A DNA stretch of 64,000 nt. Origin: Eledone cirrhosa (lineage: Eukaryota). The notes beneath the pieces were generated by a model that was not told the origin of the DNA, ran no database searches, and saw nothing but the letters and a program-made list of their open reading frames with translations. The position numbers and the translations under genes are program-made. Shown here in pieces: positions 39,401 to 54,400 of this stretch (within the stretch, counting starts at the first letter, position 1; every line of letters begins with the position of its first letter). The stretch lies in NCBI GenBank assembly GCA_964016885.1, contig CAXHJY010001105.1:62001-126000 (forward strand), written 5' to 3'.

Positions 39401-42400
39401 GTGTCACAACAAAAAGTACCCAGTCCTCACTGTAAAGTGGTCATGTAGGTGTCACAACAAAGAGTACCCAGTCCACACTGTAAAGTGGTCATATAGGTGT
39501 CACAACAAAATGTACCCAGTCCACACTGTAAAGTGGTCATGTAGGTGTCACAAACAAAATGTACCCAGTACACACTGTAAAGTGGTCATGTAGGTGTCAC
39601 AACAAAAAGTACCCAGTCCACAGTGTAAAGTGGTCATGTAGGTGTCACAACAAAAGTACCCAGTCCACACTGTAAAGTGGTCATGTAGGTGTCACAACAA
39701 AAAGCACCCAGTCCACACTGTAAAGTGGTCATGTAGGTGTCATGACAAACAACACCCAGTCCACACTGTAAAGTGGTCATGTAGGTGTCATGACAAAACG
39801 TACCCAGTCCACACTATAAAGTGGTCATGTAGGTGTCACAACAAAACGTACCCAGTCCACACTGTAAACTGGTTATGTAGGTGTCACAACAAAAAGCACC
39901 CAGTCCACACTGTAAAGTGGTCATGTCAGTGTCACAACAAAAAGCACCCAGTCCACACTGTAAAGTAGTCATGTAGGTGTCACAACAAAAAGTACCCAGT
40001 CCACACTGTTAAGTGGTCATGTAGGTGTCACAACCAAAAGTACCCAGTCCACACTGTAAAGTGGTCATGTAGGTGTCACAACAAAAAGTACCCAGTCCAC
40101 ACTGTAAAGTGGTCATGTAGGTGTCACAACAAACAACACCCAGTCCACACTGTAAAGTGGTCATGTAGGTGTCACAACAAAAAGTACCCAGTCCACACTG
40201 TAAAGTGGTCATCTAGGTGTCACAACAAACAACACCCAGTCCACACTGTAAAGTGGTCATGTAGGTGTCACAACAAAAAGTACCCAGTCCACTCTGTAAA
40301 GTGGTCATGTAGGTGTCACAACAAAAAGTAGCCAGTCCATACTGTAAAGTGGTCATGTAGGTGTCACAGCAAATAGTACCCAGTACACACTGTAAAGTGG
40401 TCATGTAGGTGTGTTACAACAAAAAGTACCCAGTCTACACTGTAAAGTGGTCATGTAGGTGTCACAACAAAAAGTACCCAGTCCACACTGTAAAGTGGTC
40501 ATGTAGGTGTCATGACAAACAACACCCAGTCCACACTGTAAAGTGGTCATGTAGGTGTCATGACAAAACGTACCCAGTCCACACTATGAAGTGGTCATGT
40601 AGGTGTCACAACAAAAGGTACCCAGTCCACACTGTAAAGTGGTTATGTAGGTGTCACAACAAAAAGCACCCAGTCCACACTGTAAAATGGTCATGTCAGT
40701 GTCACAACAAAAAGCACCCAGTCCACACTGTAAAGTAGTCATGTAGGTGTCACAACAAAACGTACCCAGTCCACACTGTAAAGTAGTCATGTAGGTGTCA
40801 CAACAAAAAGTACCCAGTCCACACTGTAAAGTGGTCATGTAGGTGTCACAACCAAAGGTACCCAGTCCACACTGTAAAGTGGTCATGTAGGTGTCACAAC
40901 AAAAAGTACCCAGTCCTCACTGTAAAGTGGTCATGTAGGTGTCACAACAAAAAGTACCCAGTCCACACTGTAAAGTGGTCATCTAGGTGTCACAACAAAC
41001 AACACCCAGTCCACACTGTAAAGTGGTCATGTAGGTGTCACAACAAAAAGTAGCCAGTCCACACTGTAAAGTGGTCATGTAGGTGTCACAACAAACAACA
41101 CCCAGTCCACACTGTAAAGTGGTCATGTAGGTGTCACAACAAAAAGCACCCAGTCCACACTGTAAAGTGGTCATGTCAGTGTCACAACAAAAAGCACCCA
41201 GTCCAAACTGTAAAGTGGTCATGTAGGTGTCACAACAAAAAGTACCCAGTCCACTCTGTAAAGTGGTCATGTAGGTGTCACAACAAAAAGTAGCCAGTCC
41301 ACACTGTAAAGTGCTCATGTAGGTGTCACAACAAAAAGTACCCAGTCCACACTGTAAAGTGGTCATGTAGGTGTCACAGCAAATAGTACCCAGTACACAC
41401 TGTAAAGTGGTCATGTAGGTGTCACAACAAAAAGTACCCAGTACACACTGTAAAGAGGTCATGTAGGTGTCACAACAAAAAGTACCCAGTCCACACTATA
41501 AAGTGGTCATGTAGGTGTCACAACAAAAAGTACCCAGTCCACTCTGTAGAATGGTAATGTAGGTGTCACAACAAAAAGTACCCAGTCCACACTGTAAAGT
41601 GGTCATGTAGGTGTCATGACAAAAAACACCCAGTCCACACTGTAAAGTGGTCATGTAAGTGTCACAACAAAGAGTACCCAGTCCACACTGTAAAGTGGTC
41701 ATATAGGTGTCACAACAAAATGTACCCAGTCCACACTGTAAAGTGGTCATGTAGGTGTCACAAACAAAATGTACCCAGTCCACACTGTAAAGTGGTCATG
41801 TAGGTGTCACAACAAAAAGTACCCAGTCCACACTGTAAAGTGGTCATGTAGGTGTCACAACAAAAGTACCCAGTCCACACTGTAAAGTGGTCATGTAGGT
41901 GTCACAACAAAAAGCACCCAGTCCACACTGTAAAGTGGTCATGTAGGTGTCATGACAAACAACACCCAGTCCACACTGTAAAGTGGTCATGTAGGTGTCA
42001 TGACAAAACGTACCCAGTCCACACTATAAAGTGGTCATGTAGGTGTCACAACAAAACGTACCCAGTCCACACTGTAAACTGGTTATGTAGGTGTCACAAC
42101 AAAAAGTAGCCAGTCCACACTGTAAAGTGGTCATGTAGGTGTCACAACAAACAACACCCAGTCCACACTGTAAAGTGGTCATGTAGGTGTCACAACAAAA
42201 AGCACCCAGTCCACACTGTAAAGTGGTCATGTCAGTGTCACAACAAAAAGCACCCAGTCCAAACTGTAAAGTGGTCATGTAGGTGTCACAACAAAAAGTA
42301 CCCAGTCCACTCTGTAAAGTGGTCATGTAGGTGTCACAACAAAAAGTAGCCAGTCCACACTGTAAAGTGCTCATGTAGGTGTCACAACAAAAAGTACCCA

Positions 42401-45400
42401 GTCCACACTGTAAAGTGGTCATGTAGGTGTCACAGCAAATAGTACCCAGTACACACTGTAAAGTGGTCATGTAGGTGTCACAACAAAAAGTACCCAGTAC
42501 ACACTGTAAAGTGGTCATGTAGGTGTCACAACAAAAAGTACCCAGTCCACACTATAAAGTGGTCATGTAGGTGTCACAACAAAAAGTACCCAGTCCACTC
42601 TGTAGAATGGTCATGTAGGTGTCACAACAAAAAGTACCCAGTCCACATTGTAAAGTGGTCATGTAGGTGTCATGACAAAAAACACCCAGTCCACACTGTA
42701 AAGTGGTCATGTAAGTGTCACAACAAAGAGTACCCAGTCCACACTGTAAAGTGGTCATATAGGTGTCACAACAAAATGTACCCAGTCCACACTGTAAAGT
42801 GGTCATGTAGGTGTCACAAACAAAATGTACCCAGTACACACTGTAAAGTGGTCATGTAGGTGTCACAACAAAAAGTACCCAGTCCACACTGTAAAGTGGT
42901 CATGTAGGTGTCACAACAAAAGTACCCAGTCCACACTGTAAAGTGGTCATGTAGGTGTCACAACAAAAAGCACCCAGTCCACACTGTAAAGTGGTCATGT
43001 AGGTGTCATGACAAACAACACCCAGTCCACACTGTAAAGTGGTCATGTAGGTGTTATGACAAAACGTACCCAGTCCACACTATAAAGTGGTCATGTAGGT
43101 GTCACAACAAAACGTACCCAGTCCACACTGTAAACTGGTTATGTAGGTGTCACAACAAAAAGCACCCAGTCCACACTGTAAAGTGGTCATGTCAGTGTCA
43201 CAACAAAAAGCACCCAGTCCACACTGTAAAGTAGTCATGTAGGTGTCACAACCAAAAGTACCCAGTCCACACTGTAAAGTGGTCATGTAGGTGTCACAAC
43301 AAAAAGTACCCAGTCCACACTGTAAAGTGGTCATGTAGGTGTCACAACAAACAACACCCAGTCCACACTGTAAAGTGGTCATGTAGGTGTCACAACAGAA
43401 AGTACCCAGTCCACACTGTAAAGTGGTCATGTAGGTGTCACAACAAAAAGTAGCCAGTCCACACTGTAAAGTGGCCATGTAGGTGTCACAACAAAAAGTA
43501 CCCAGTCCACACTGTAAAGTGGTCATGTAGGTGTCACAACAAAAAGTACCCAGTCCACACTGTAAAGTGGTCATGTAGGTGTCACAACAAAAAGTACCCA
43601 GTCCACACTGTAAAGTGGTCATGTAGGTGTCACAACAAAAAGTACCCAGTCCACTCTGTAAAGTGGTCATGTAGGTGTCACAACAAAAAGTAGCCAGTCC
43701 ACACTGTAAAGTGGTCATGTAGGTGTCACAGCAAATAGTACCCAGTACACACTGTAAAGTGGTCATATAGGTGTGTTACAACTAAAAGTACCCAGTCTAC
43801 ACTGTAAAGTGGTCATGTAGGTGTCACAACAAAAAGTACCCAGTCCACACTGTAAAGTGGTCATGTAGGTGTCATGACAAACAACACCCAGTCCACACTG
43901 TAAAGTGGTCATGTAGGTGTCATGACAAAACGTACCCAGTCCACACTATAAAGTGGTCATGTAGGTGTCACAACAAAACGTACCCAGTCCACACTGTAAA
44001 GTGGTTATGTAGGTGTCACAACAAAAAGCACCCAGTCCACACTGTAAAGTGGTCATGTCAGTGTCACAACAAAAAGCACCCAGTCCACACTGTAAAGTGG
44101 TCATGTAGGTGTCACAACAAAACGTACCCAGTCCACACTGTAAAGTAGTCATGTAGGTGTCACAACAAAAAGTACCCAGTCCACACTGTAAAGTGGTCAT
44201 GTAGGTGTCACAACCAAAAGTACCCAGTCCACACTGTAAAGTGGTCATGTAGGTGTCACAACAAAAAGTACCCAGTCCACACTGTAAAGTGGTCATGTAG
44301 GTCTCACAACAAAAAGTACCCAGTCCACACTGTAAAGTGGTCATGTAGGTGTCACAACAAAAAGTACCCAGTCCTCACTGTAAAGTGGTCATGTAGGTGT
44401 CACAACAAAAAGTACCCAGTCCACACTGTAAAGTGGTCATGTAGGTGTCACAACAAACAACACCCAGTCCACACTGTAAAGTGGTCATGTAGGTGTCACA
44501 ACAAAAAGTAGCCAGTCCACACTGTAAAGTGGTCATGTAGGTGTCACAACAAACAACACCCAGTCCACACTGTAAAGTGGTCATGTAGGTGTCACAACAA
44601 AAAGTACCCAGTCCACACTGTAAAGTGGTCATGTAGGTGTCACAACAAAAAGTAGCCAGTCCACACTGTAAAGTGGTCATGTAGGTGTCACAACAAAAAG
44701 TACCCAGTCCACACTGTAAAGTGGTCATGTAGGTGTCACAACAAAAAGTACCCAGTCCACACTGTAAAGTGGTCATGTAGGTGTCACAACAAAAAGCACC
44801 CAGTCCACACTGTCAAGTGGTCATGTCAGTGTCACAACAAAAAGCACCCAGTCCAAACTGTAAAGTGGTCATGTAGGTGTCACAACAAAACGTACCCAGT
44901 CCACACTGTAAAGTAGTCATGTAGGTGTCACAACAAAAAGTACCCAGTCCACACTGTAAAGTGGTCATGTAGGTGTCACAACCAAAAGTACCCAGTCCAC
45001 ACTGTAAAGTGGTCATGTAGCTGTCACAACAAAAAGTACCCAGTCCACACTGTAAAGTGGTCATGTAGGTGTCACAACAAAAAGTACCCAGTCCACACTG
45101 TAAAGTGGTCATGTAGGTCTCACAACAAAAAGTACCCAGTCCACACTGTAAAGTGGTCATGTAGGTGTCACAACAAAAAGTACCCAGTCCTCACTGTAAA
45201 GTGGTCATGTAGGTGTCACAACAAAAAGTACCCAGTCCACACTGTAAAGTGGTCATGTAGGTGTCACAACAAACAACACCCAGTCCACACTGTAAAGTGG
45301 TCATGTAGGTGTCACAACAAAAAGTACCCAGTCCACACTGTAAAGTGGTCATGTAGGTGTCACGACAAAAAGTACCCAGTACACACTGTAAAGTGGTCAT

Positions 45401-48400
45401 CTAGGTGTCACAACAAATAGTACCCAGTCCACACTGTAAAGTGGTCATCTAGGTGTCACAACAAATAGTACCCAGTCCACACTGTAAAGTGGTCATGTAG
45501 GTGTCACAACAAAAAGTACCCAGTCCACACTGTAAAGTGGTCATGTAGGTGTCATGACAAACAACACCCAGTCCACACTGTAAAGTGGTCATGTAGGTGT
45601 CACAACAAAAAGTACCCAGTCCACACTGTAAGGTGGTCATGTAGGTGTCACAACAAACAACACCCAGTCCACACTGTAAAGTGGTCATGTAGGTGTCACA
45701 ACAAAAAGTACCCAGTCCACACTGTAAAGTGGTCATGTAGGTGTCATGACAAACAACACCCAGTCCACACTGTAAAGTGGTCATGTAGGTGTCACAACAA
45801 AAAGTACCCAGTCCACACTGTAAAGTGGTCATGTAGGTGTCACAACAAAAAGTACCCAGTCCACACTGTAAAGTGGTCATGTAGGTGTCATGACAAACAA
45901 CACCCAGTCCACACTGTAAAGTGGTCATGTAGGTGTCACAACAAAAAGTACCCAGTCCACACTGTAAAGTGGTCATGTAGGTGTCACAACAAAAAGTACC
46001 CAGTCTACACTGTAAAGTGGTCATGTAGGTGTCACAACAAAAAGTACCCAGTCCACTCTGTAAAGTGGTCATGTAGGTGTCACAACAAAAAGTACCCAGT
46101 CCACTCTGGAAAGTGGTCATGTAGGTGTCACAACAAAAAGTACCCAATCCACTCTGTAAAGTGGTCATGTAGGTGTCACAACAAAAAGTACCCAGTCCAC
46201 ACTGTAAAGTGGTCATGTAGGTGTCACAACAAGAAGTACCCAGTCCACACTGTAAAGTGGTCATGTAGGTGTCACAACAAAAAGTACCCAGTCCACACTG
46301 TAAAGTGGTCATGTAGGTGTCACAACAAACACCCAGTCCACACTGTAAAGTGGTCATGTAGGTGTCACAACAAAAAGTACCCAGTCCACTCTGTAAAGTG
46401 GTCATGTAGGTGTCACAACAAAAAGTACCCAGTCCACTTTGTAAAGTGGTCATGTAGGTGTCACAACAAAAAGTACCCAGTCTACACTGTAAAGTGGTCA
46501 TGTAGGTGTGTTACAACAAAAAGTACCCAGTCTACACTGTAAAGTGGTCATGTAGGTGTCACAACAAAAAGTAGCCAGTCCACACTGTAAAGTGGTCATG
46601 TAGGTGTCACAACAAAAAGTACCCAGTACACACTGTAAAGTGGTCATGTAGGTGTCACAACAAAAAGTACCCAGTCCACACTATAAAGTGGTCATGTAGG
46701 TGTCACAACAAAAAGTACCCAGTCCACTCTGTAGAATGGTCATGTAGGTGTCACAACAAAAAGTACCCAGTCCACACTGTAAAGTGGTCATGTAGGTGTC
46801 ATGACAAAAAACACCCAGTCCACACTGTAAAGTGGTCATGTAAGTGTCACAACAAAGAGTACCCAGTCCACACTGTAAAGTGGTCATATAGGTGTCACAA
46901 CAAAATGTACCCAGTCCACACTGTAAAGTGGTCATGTAGGTGTCACAAACAAAATGTACCCAGTACACACTGTAAAGTGGTCATGTAGGTGTCACAACAA
47001 AAAGTACCCAGTCCACACTGTAAAGTGGTCATGTAGGTGTCACAACAAAAGTACCCAGTCCACACTGTAAAGTGGTCATGTAGGTGTCACAACAAAAAGC
47101 ACCCAGTCCACACTGTAAAGTGGTCATGTAGGTGTCATGACAAACAACACCCAGTCCACACTGTAAAGTGGTCATGTAGGTGTCATGACAAAACGTACCC
47201 AGTCCACACTATAAAGTGGTCATGTAGGTGTCACAACAAAACGTACCCAGTCCACACTGTAAACTGGTTATGTAGGTGTCACAACAAAAAGCACCCAGTC
47301 AAACACTGTAAAGTGGTCATGTCAGTGTCACAACAAAAAGCACCCAGTCCACACTGTAAAGTAGTCATGTAGGTGTCACAACAAAAAGTACCCAGTCCAC
47401 ACTGTTAAGTGGTCATGTAGGTGTCACAACCAAAAGTACCCAGTCCACACTGTAAAGTGGTCATGTAGGTGTCACAACAAAAAGTACCCAGTCCACACTG
47501 TAAAGTGGTCATGTAGGTGTCACAACAAACAACACCCAGTCCACACTGTAAAGTGGTCATGTAGGTGTCACAACAAAAAGTACCCAGTCCACACTGTAAA
47601 GTGGTCATGTAGGTGTCACAACAAAAAGTAGCCAGTCCACACTGTAAAGTGGCCATGTAGGTGTCACAACAAAAAGTACCCAGTCCACACTGTAAAGTGG
47701 TCATGTAGGTGTCACAACAAAAAGTACCCAGTCCACTCTGTAAAGTGGTCATGTAGGTGTCACAACAAAAAGTAGCCAGTCCACACTGTAAAGTGGCCAT
47801 GTAGGTGTCACAACAAAAAGTACCCAGTCCACACTGTAAAGTGGTCATGTAGGTGTCACAACAAAAAGTACCCAGTCCACACTGTAAAGTGGTCATGTAG
47901 GTGTCACAACAAAAAGTACCCAGTCCACACTGTAAAGTGGTCATGTAGGTGTCACAACAAAAAGTACCCAGTCCACTCTGTAAAGTGGTCATGTAGGTGT
48001 CACAACAAAAAGTAGCCAGTCCACACTGTAAAGTGGTCATGTAGGTGTCACAGCAAATAGTACCCAGTACACACTGTAAAGTGGTCATATAGGTGTGTTA
48101 CAACTAAAAGTACCCAGTCTACACTGTAAAGTGGTCATGTAGGTGTCACAACAAAAAGTACCCAGTCCACACTGTAAAGTGGTCATGTAGGTGTCATGAC
48201 AAACAACATCCAGTCCACACTGTAAAGTGGTCATGTAGGTGTCATGACAAAACGTACCCAGTCCACACTATAAAGTGGTCATGTAGGTGTCACAACAAAA
48301 CGTACCCAGTCCACACTGTAAAGTGGTTATGTAGGTGTCACAACAAAAAGCACCCAGTCCACACTGTAAAGTGGTCATGTCAGTGTCACAACAAAAAGCA

Positions 48401-51400
48401 CCCAGTCCACACTGTAAAGTGGTCATGTAGGTGTCACAACAAAACGTACCCAGTCCACACTGTAAAGTAGTCATGTAGGTGTCACAACAAAAAGTACCCA
48501 GTCCACACTGTAAAGTGGTCATGTAGGTGTCACAACAAACACCCAGTCCACACTGTAAAGTGGTCATGTAGGTGTCACAACAAAAAGTACCCAGTCCACT
48601 CTGTAAAGTGGTCATGTAGGTGTCACAACAAAAAGTACCCAGTCCACTCTGTAAAGTGGTCATGTAGGTGTCACAACAAAAAGTACCCAGTCTACACTGT
48701 AAAGTGGTCATGTAGGTGTGTTACAACAAAAAGTACCCAGTCTACACTGTAAAGTGGTCATGTAGGTGTCACAACAAAAAGTAGCCAGTCCACACTGTAA
48801 AGTGGTCATGTAGGTGTCACAACAAAAAGTACCCAGTACACACTGTAAAGTGGTCATGTAGGTGTCACAACAAAAAGTACCCAGTCCACACTATAAAGTG
48901 GTCATGTAGGTGTCACAACAAAAAGTACCCAGTCCACTCTGTAGAATGGTCATGTAGGTGTCACAACAAAAAGTACCCAGTCCACACTGTAAAGTGGTCA
49001 TGTAGGTGTCATGACAAAAAACACCCAGTCCACACTGTAAAGTGGTCATGTAAGTGTCACAACAAAGAGTACCCAGTCCACACTGTAAAGTGGTCATATA
49101 GGTGTCACAACAAAATGTACCCAGTCCACACTGTAAAGTGGTCATGTAGGTGTCACAAACAAAATGTACCCAGTACACACTGTAAAGTGGTCATGTAGGT
49201 GTCACAACAAAAAGTACCCAGTCCACACTGTAAAGTGGTCATGTAGGTGTCACAACAAAAGTACCCAGTCCACACTGTAAAGTGGTCATGTAGGTGTCAC
49301 AACAAAAAGCACCCAGTCCACACTGTAAAGTGGTCATGTAGGTGTCATGACAAACAACACCCAGTCCACACTGTAAAGTGGTCATGTAGGTGTCATGACA
49401 AAACGTACCCAGTCCACACTATAAAGTGGTCATGTAGGTGTCACAACAAAACGTACCCAGTCCACACTGTAAACTGGTTATGTAGGTGTCACAACAAAAA
49501 GCACCCAGTCCACACTGTAAAGTGGTCATGTCAGTGTCACAACAAAAAGCACCCAGTCCACACTGTAAAGTAGTCATGTAGGTGTCACAACAAAAAGTAC
49601 CCAGTCCACACTGTTAAGTGGTCATGTAGGTGTCACAACCAAAAGTACCCAGTCCACACTGTAAAGTGGTCATGTAGGTGTCACAACAAAAAGTACCCAG
49701 TCCACACTGTAAAGTGGTCATGTAGGTGTCACAACAAACAACACCCAGTCCACACTGTAAAGTGGTCATGTAGGTGTCACAACAAAAAGTACCCAGTCCA
49801 CACTGTAAAGTGGTCATGTAGGTGTCACAACAAAAAGTAGCCAGTCCACACTGTAAAGTGGCCATGTAGGTGTCACAACAAAAAGTACCCAGTCCACACT
49901 GTAAAGTGGTCATGTAGGTGTCACAACAAAAAGTACCCAGTCCACTCTGTAAAGTGGTCATGTAGGTGTCACAACAAAAAGTAGCCAGTCCACACTGTAA
50001 AGTGGCCATGTAGGTGTCACAACAAAAAGTACCCAGTCCACACTGTAAAGTGGTCATGTAGGTGTCACAACAAAAAGTACCCAGTCCACACTGTAAAGTG
50101 GTCATGTAGGTGTCACAACAAAAAGTACCCAGTCCACACTGTAAAGTGGTCATGTAGGTGTCACAACAAAAAGTACCCAGTCCACTCTGTAAAGTGGTCA
50201 TGTAGGTGTCACAACAAAAAGTAGCCAGTCCACACTGTAAAGTGGTCATGTAGGTGTCACAGCAAATAGTACCCAGTACACACTGTAAAGTGGTCATATA
50301 GGTGTGTTACAACTAAAAGTACCCAGTCTACACTGTAAAGTGGTCATGTAGGTGTCACAACAAAAAGTACCCAGTCCACACTGTAAAGTGGTCATGTAGG
50401 TGTCATGACAAACAACACCCAGTCCACACTGTAAAGTGGTCATGTAGGTGTCATGACAAAACGTACCCAGTCCACACTATAAAGTGGTCATGTAGGTGTC
50501 ACAACAAAACGTACCCAGTCCACACTGTAAAGTGGTTATGTAGGTGTCACAACAAAAAGCACCCAGTCCACACTGTAAAGTGGTCATGTCAGTGTCACAA
50601 CAAAAAGCACCCAGTCCACACTGTAAAGTGGTCATATAGGTGTCACAACAAAACGTACCCAGTCCACACTGTAAAGTAGTCATGTAGGTGTCACAACAAA
50701 AAGTACCCAGTCCACACTGTAAAGTGGTCATGTAGGTGTCACAACCAAAAGTACCCAGTCCACACTGTAAAGTGGTCATGTAGGTGTCACAACAAAAAGT
50801 ACCCAGTCCACACTGTAAAGTGGTCATGTAGGTCTCACAACAAAAAGTACCCAGTCCACACTGTAAAGTGGTCATGTAGGTGTCACAACAAAAAGTACCC
50901 AGTCCTCACTGTAAAGTGGTCATGTAGGTGTCACAACAAAAAGTACCCAGTCCACACTGTAAAGTGGTCATGTAGGTGTCACAACAAACAACACCCAGTC
51001 CACACTGTAAAGTGGTCATGTAGGTGTCACAACAAAAAGTAGCCAGTCCACACTGTAAAGTGGTCATGTAGGTGTCACAACAAACAACACCCAGTCCACA
51101 CTGTAAAGTGGTCATGTAGGTGTCACAACAAAAAGTACCCAGTCCACACTGTAAAGTGGTCATGTAGGTGTCACAACAAAAAGTAGCCAGTCCACACTGT
51201 AAAGTGGTCATGTAGGTGTCACAACAAAAAGTACCCAGTCCACACTGTAAAGTGGTCATGTAGGTGTCACAACAAAAAGTACCCAGTCCACACTGTAAAG
51301 TGGTCATGTAGGTGTCACAACAAAAAGCACCCAGTCCACACTGTCAAGTGGTCATGTCAGTGTCACAACAAAAAGCACCCAGTCCAAACTGTAAAGTGGT

Positions 51401-54400
51401 CATGTAGGTGTCACAACAAAACGTACCCAGTCCACACTGTAAAGTAGTCATGTAGGTGTCACAACAAAAAGTACCCAGTCCACACTGTAAAGTGGTCATG
51501 TAGGTGTCACAACCAAAAGTACACAGTCCACACTGTAAAGTGGTCATGTAGCTGTCACAACAAAAAGTACCCAGTCCACACTGTAAAGTGGTCATGTAGG
51601 TGTCACAACAAAAAGTACCCAGTCCACACTGTAAAGTGGTCATGTAGGTCTCACAACAAAAAGTACCCAGTCCACACTGTAAAGTGGTCATGTAGGTGTC
51701 ACAACAAAAAGTACCCAGTCCTCACTGTAAAGTGGTCATGTAGGTGTCACAACAAAAAGTACCCAGTCCACACTGTAAAGTGGTCATGTAGGTGTCACAA
51801 TAAACAACACCCAGTCCACACTGTAAAGTGGTCATGTAGGTGTCACAACAAAAAGTACCCAGTCCACACTGTAAAGTGGTCATGTAGGTGTCACGACAAA
51901 AAGTACCCAGTACACACTGTAAAGTGGTCATCTAGGTGTCACAACAAATAGTACCCAGTCCACACTGTAAAGTGGTCATCTAGGTGTCACAACAAATAGT
52001 ACCCAGTCCACACTGTAAAGTGGTCATGTAGGTGTCACAACAAAAAGTACCCAGTCCACACTGTAAAGTGGTCATGTAGGTGTCATGACAAACAACACCC
52101 AGTCCACACTGTAAAGTGGTCATGTAGTTGTCACAACAAAAAGTACCCAGTCCACACTGTAAGGTGGTCATGTAGGTGTCACAACAAACAACACCCAGTC
52201 CACACTGTAAAGTGGTCATGTAGGTGTCACAACAAAAAGTACCCAGTCCACACTGTAAAGTGGTCATGTAGGTGTCATGACAAACAACACCCAGTCCACA
52301 CTGTAAAGTGGTCATGTAGGCGTCACAACAAAAAGTACCCAGTCCACACTGTAAAGTGGTCATGTACGTGTCACAACAAAAAGTACCCAGTCCACACTGT
52401 AAAGTGGTCATGTAGGTGTCATGACAAACAACACCCAGTCCACACTGTAAAGTGGTCATGTAGGTGTCACAACAAAAAGTACCCAGTCCACACTGTAAAG
52501 TGGTCATGTAGGTGTCACAACAAAAAGTACCCAGTCTACACTGTAAAGTGGTCATGTAGGTGTCACAACAAAAAGTACCCAGTCCACTCTGTAAAGTGGT
52601 CATGTAGGTGTCACAACAAAAAGTACCCAGTCCACTCTGGAAAGTGGTCATGTAGGTGTCACAACAAAAAGTACCCAGTCCACTCTGTAAAGTGATCATG
52701 TAGGTGTCACAACAAAAAGTACCCAGTCCACACTGTAAAGTGGTCATGTAGGTGTCACAACAAGAAGTACCCAGTCCACACTGTAAAGTGGTCATGTAGG
52801 TGTCACAACAAAAAGTACCCAGTCCACACTGTAAAGTGGTCATGTAGGTGTCACAACAAACACCCAGTCCACGCTGTAAAGTGGTCATGTAGGTGTCACA
52901 ACAAAAAGTACCCAGTCAACTCTGTAAAGTGGTCATGTAGGTGTCACAACAAAAAGTACCCAGTCCACTCTGTAAAGTGGTCATGTAGGTGTCACAACAA
53001 AAAGTACCCAGTCTACACTGTAAAGTGGTCATGTAGGTGTGTTACAACAAAAAGTACCCAGTCTACACTGTAAAGTGGTCATGTAGGTGTCACAACAAAA
53101 AGTAGCCAGTCCACACTGTAAAGTGCTCATGTAGGTGTCACAACAAAAAGTACCCAGTCCACACTGTAAAGTGGTCATGTAGGTGTCACAGCAAATAGTA
53201 CCCAGTACACACTGTAAAGTGGTCATGTAGGTGTCACAACAAAAAGTACCCAGTACACACTGTAAAGTGGTCATGTAGGTGTCACAACAAAAAGTACCCA
53301 GTCCACACTATAAAGTGGTCATGTAGGTGTCACAACAAAAAGTACCCAGTCCACTCTGTAGAATGGTCATGTAGGTGTCACAACAAAAAGTACCCAGTCC
53401 ACACTGTAAAGTGGTCATGTAGGTGTCATGACAAAAAACACCCAGTCCACACTGTAAAGTGGTCATGTAAGTGTCACAACAAAGAGTACCCAGTCCACAC
53501 TGTAAAGTGGTCATATAGGTGTCACAACAAAATGTACCCAGTCCACACTGTAAAGTGGTCATGTAGGTGTCACAAACAAAATGTACCCAGTACACACTGT
53601 AAAGTGGTCATGTAGGTGTCACAACAAAAAGTACCCAGTCCACAGTGTAAAGTGGTCATGTAGGTGTCACAACAAAAGTACCCAGTCCACACTGTAACGT
53701 GGTCATGTAGGTGTCACAACAAAAAGCACCCAGTCCACACTGTAAAGTGGTCATGTAGGTGTCATGACAAACAACACCCAGTCCACACTGTAAAGTGGTC
53801 ATGTAGGTGTCATGACAAAACGTACCCAGTCCACACTATAAAGTGGTCATGTAGGTGTCACAACAAAACGTACCCAGTCCACACTGTAAACTGGTTATGT
53901 AGGTGTCACAACAAAAAGCACCCAGTCCACACTGTAAAGTGGTCATGTCAGTGTCACAACAAAAAGCACCCAGTCCACACTGTAAAGTAGTCATGTAGGT
54001 GTCACAACAAAAAGTACCCAGTCCACACTGTTAAGTGGTCATGTAGGTGTCACAACCAAAATTACCCAGTCCACACTGTAAAGTGGTCATGTAGGTGTCA
54101 CAACAAAAAGTACCCAGTCCACACTGTAAAGTGGTCATGTAGGTGTCACAACAAACAACACCCAGTCCACACTGTAAAGTGGTCATGTAGGTGTCACAAC
54201 AAAAAGTACCCAGTCCACACTGTAAAGTGGTCATGTAGGTGTCACAACAAAAAGTAGCCAGTCCACACTGTAAAGTGGCCATGTAGGTGTCACAACAAAA
54301 AGTACCCAGTCCACACTGTAAAGTGGTCATGTAGGTGTCACAACAAAAAGTACCCAGTCCACTCTGTAAAGTGGTCATGTAGGTGTCACAACAAAAAGTA

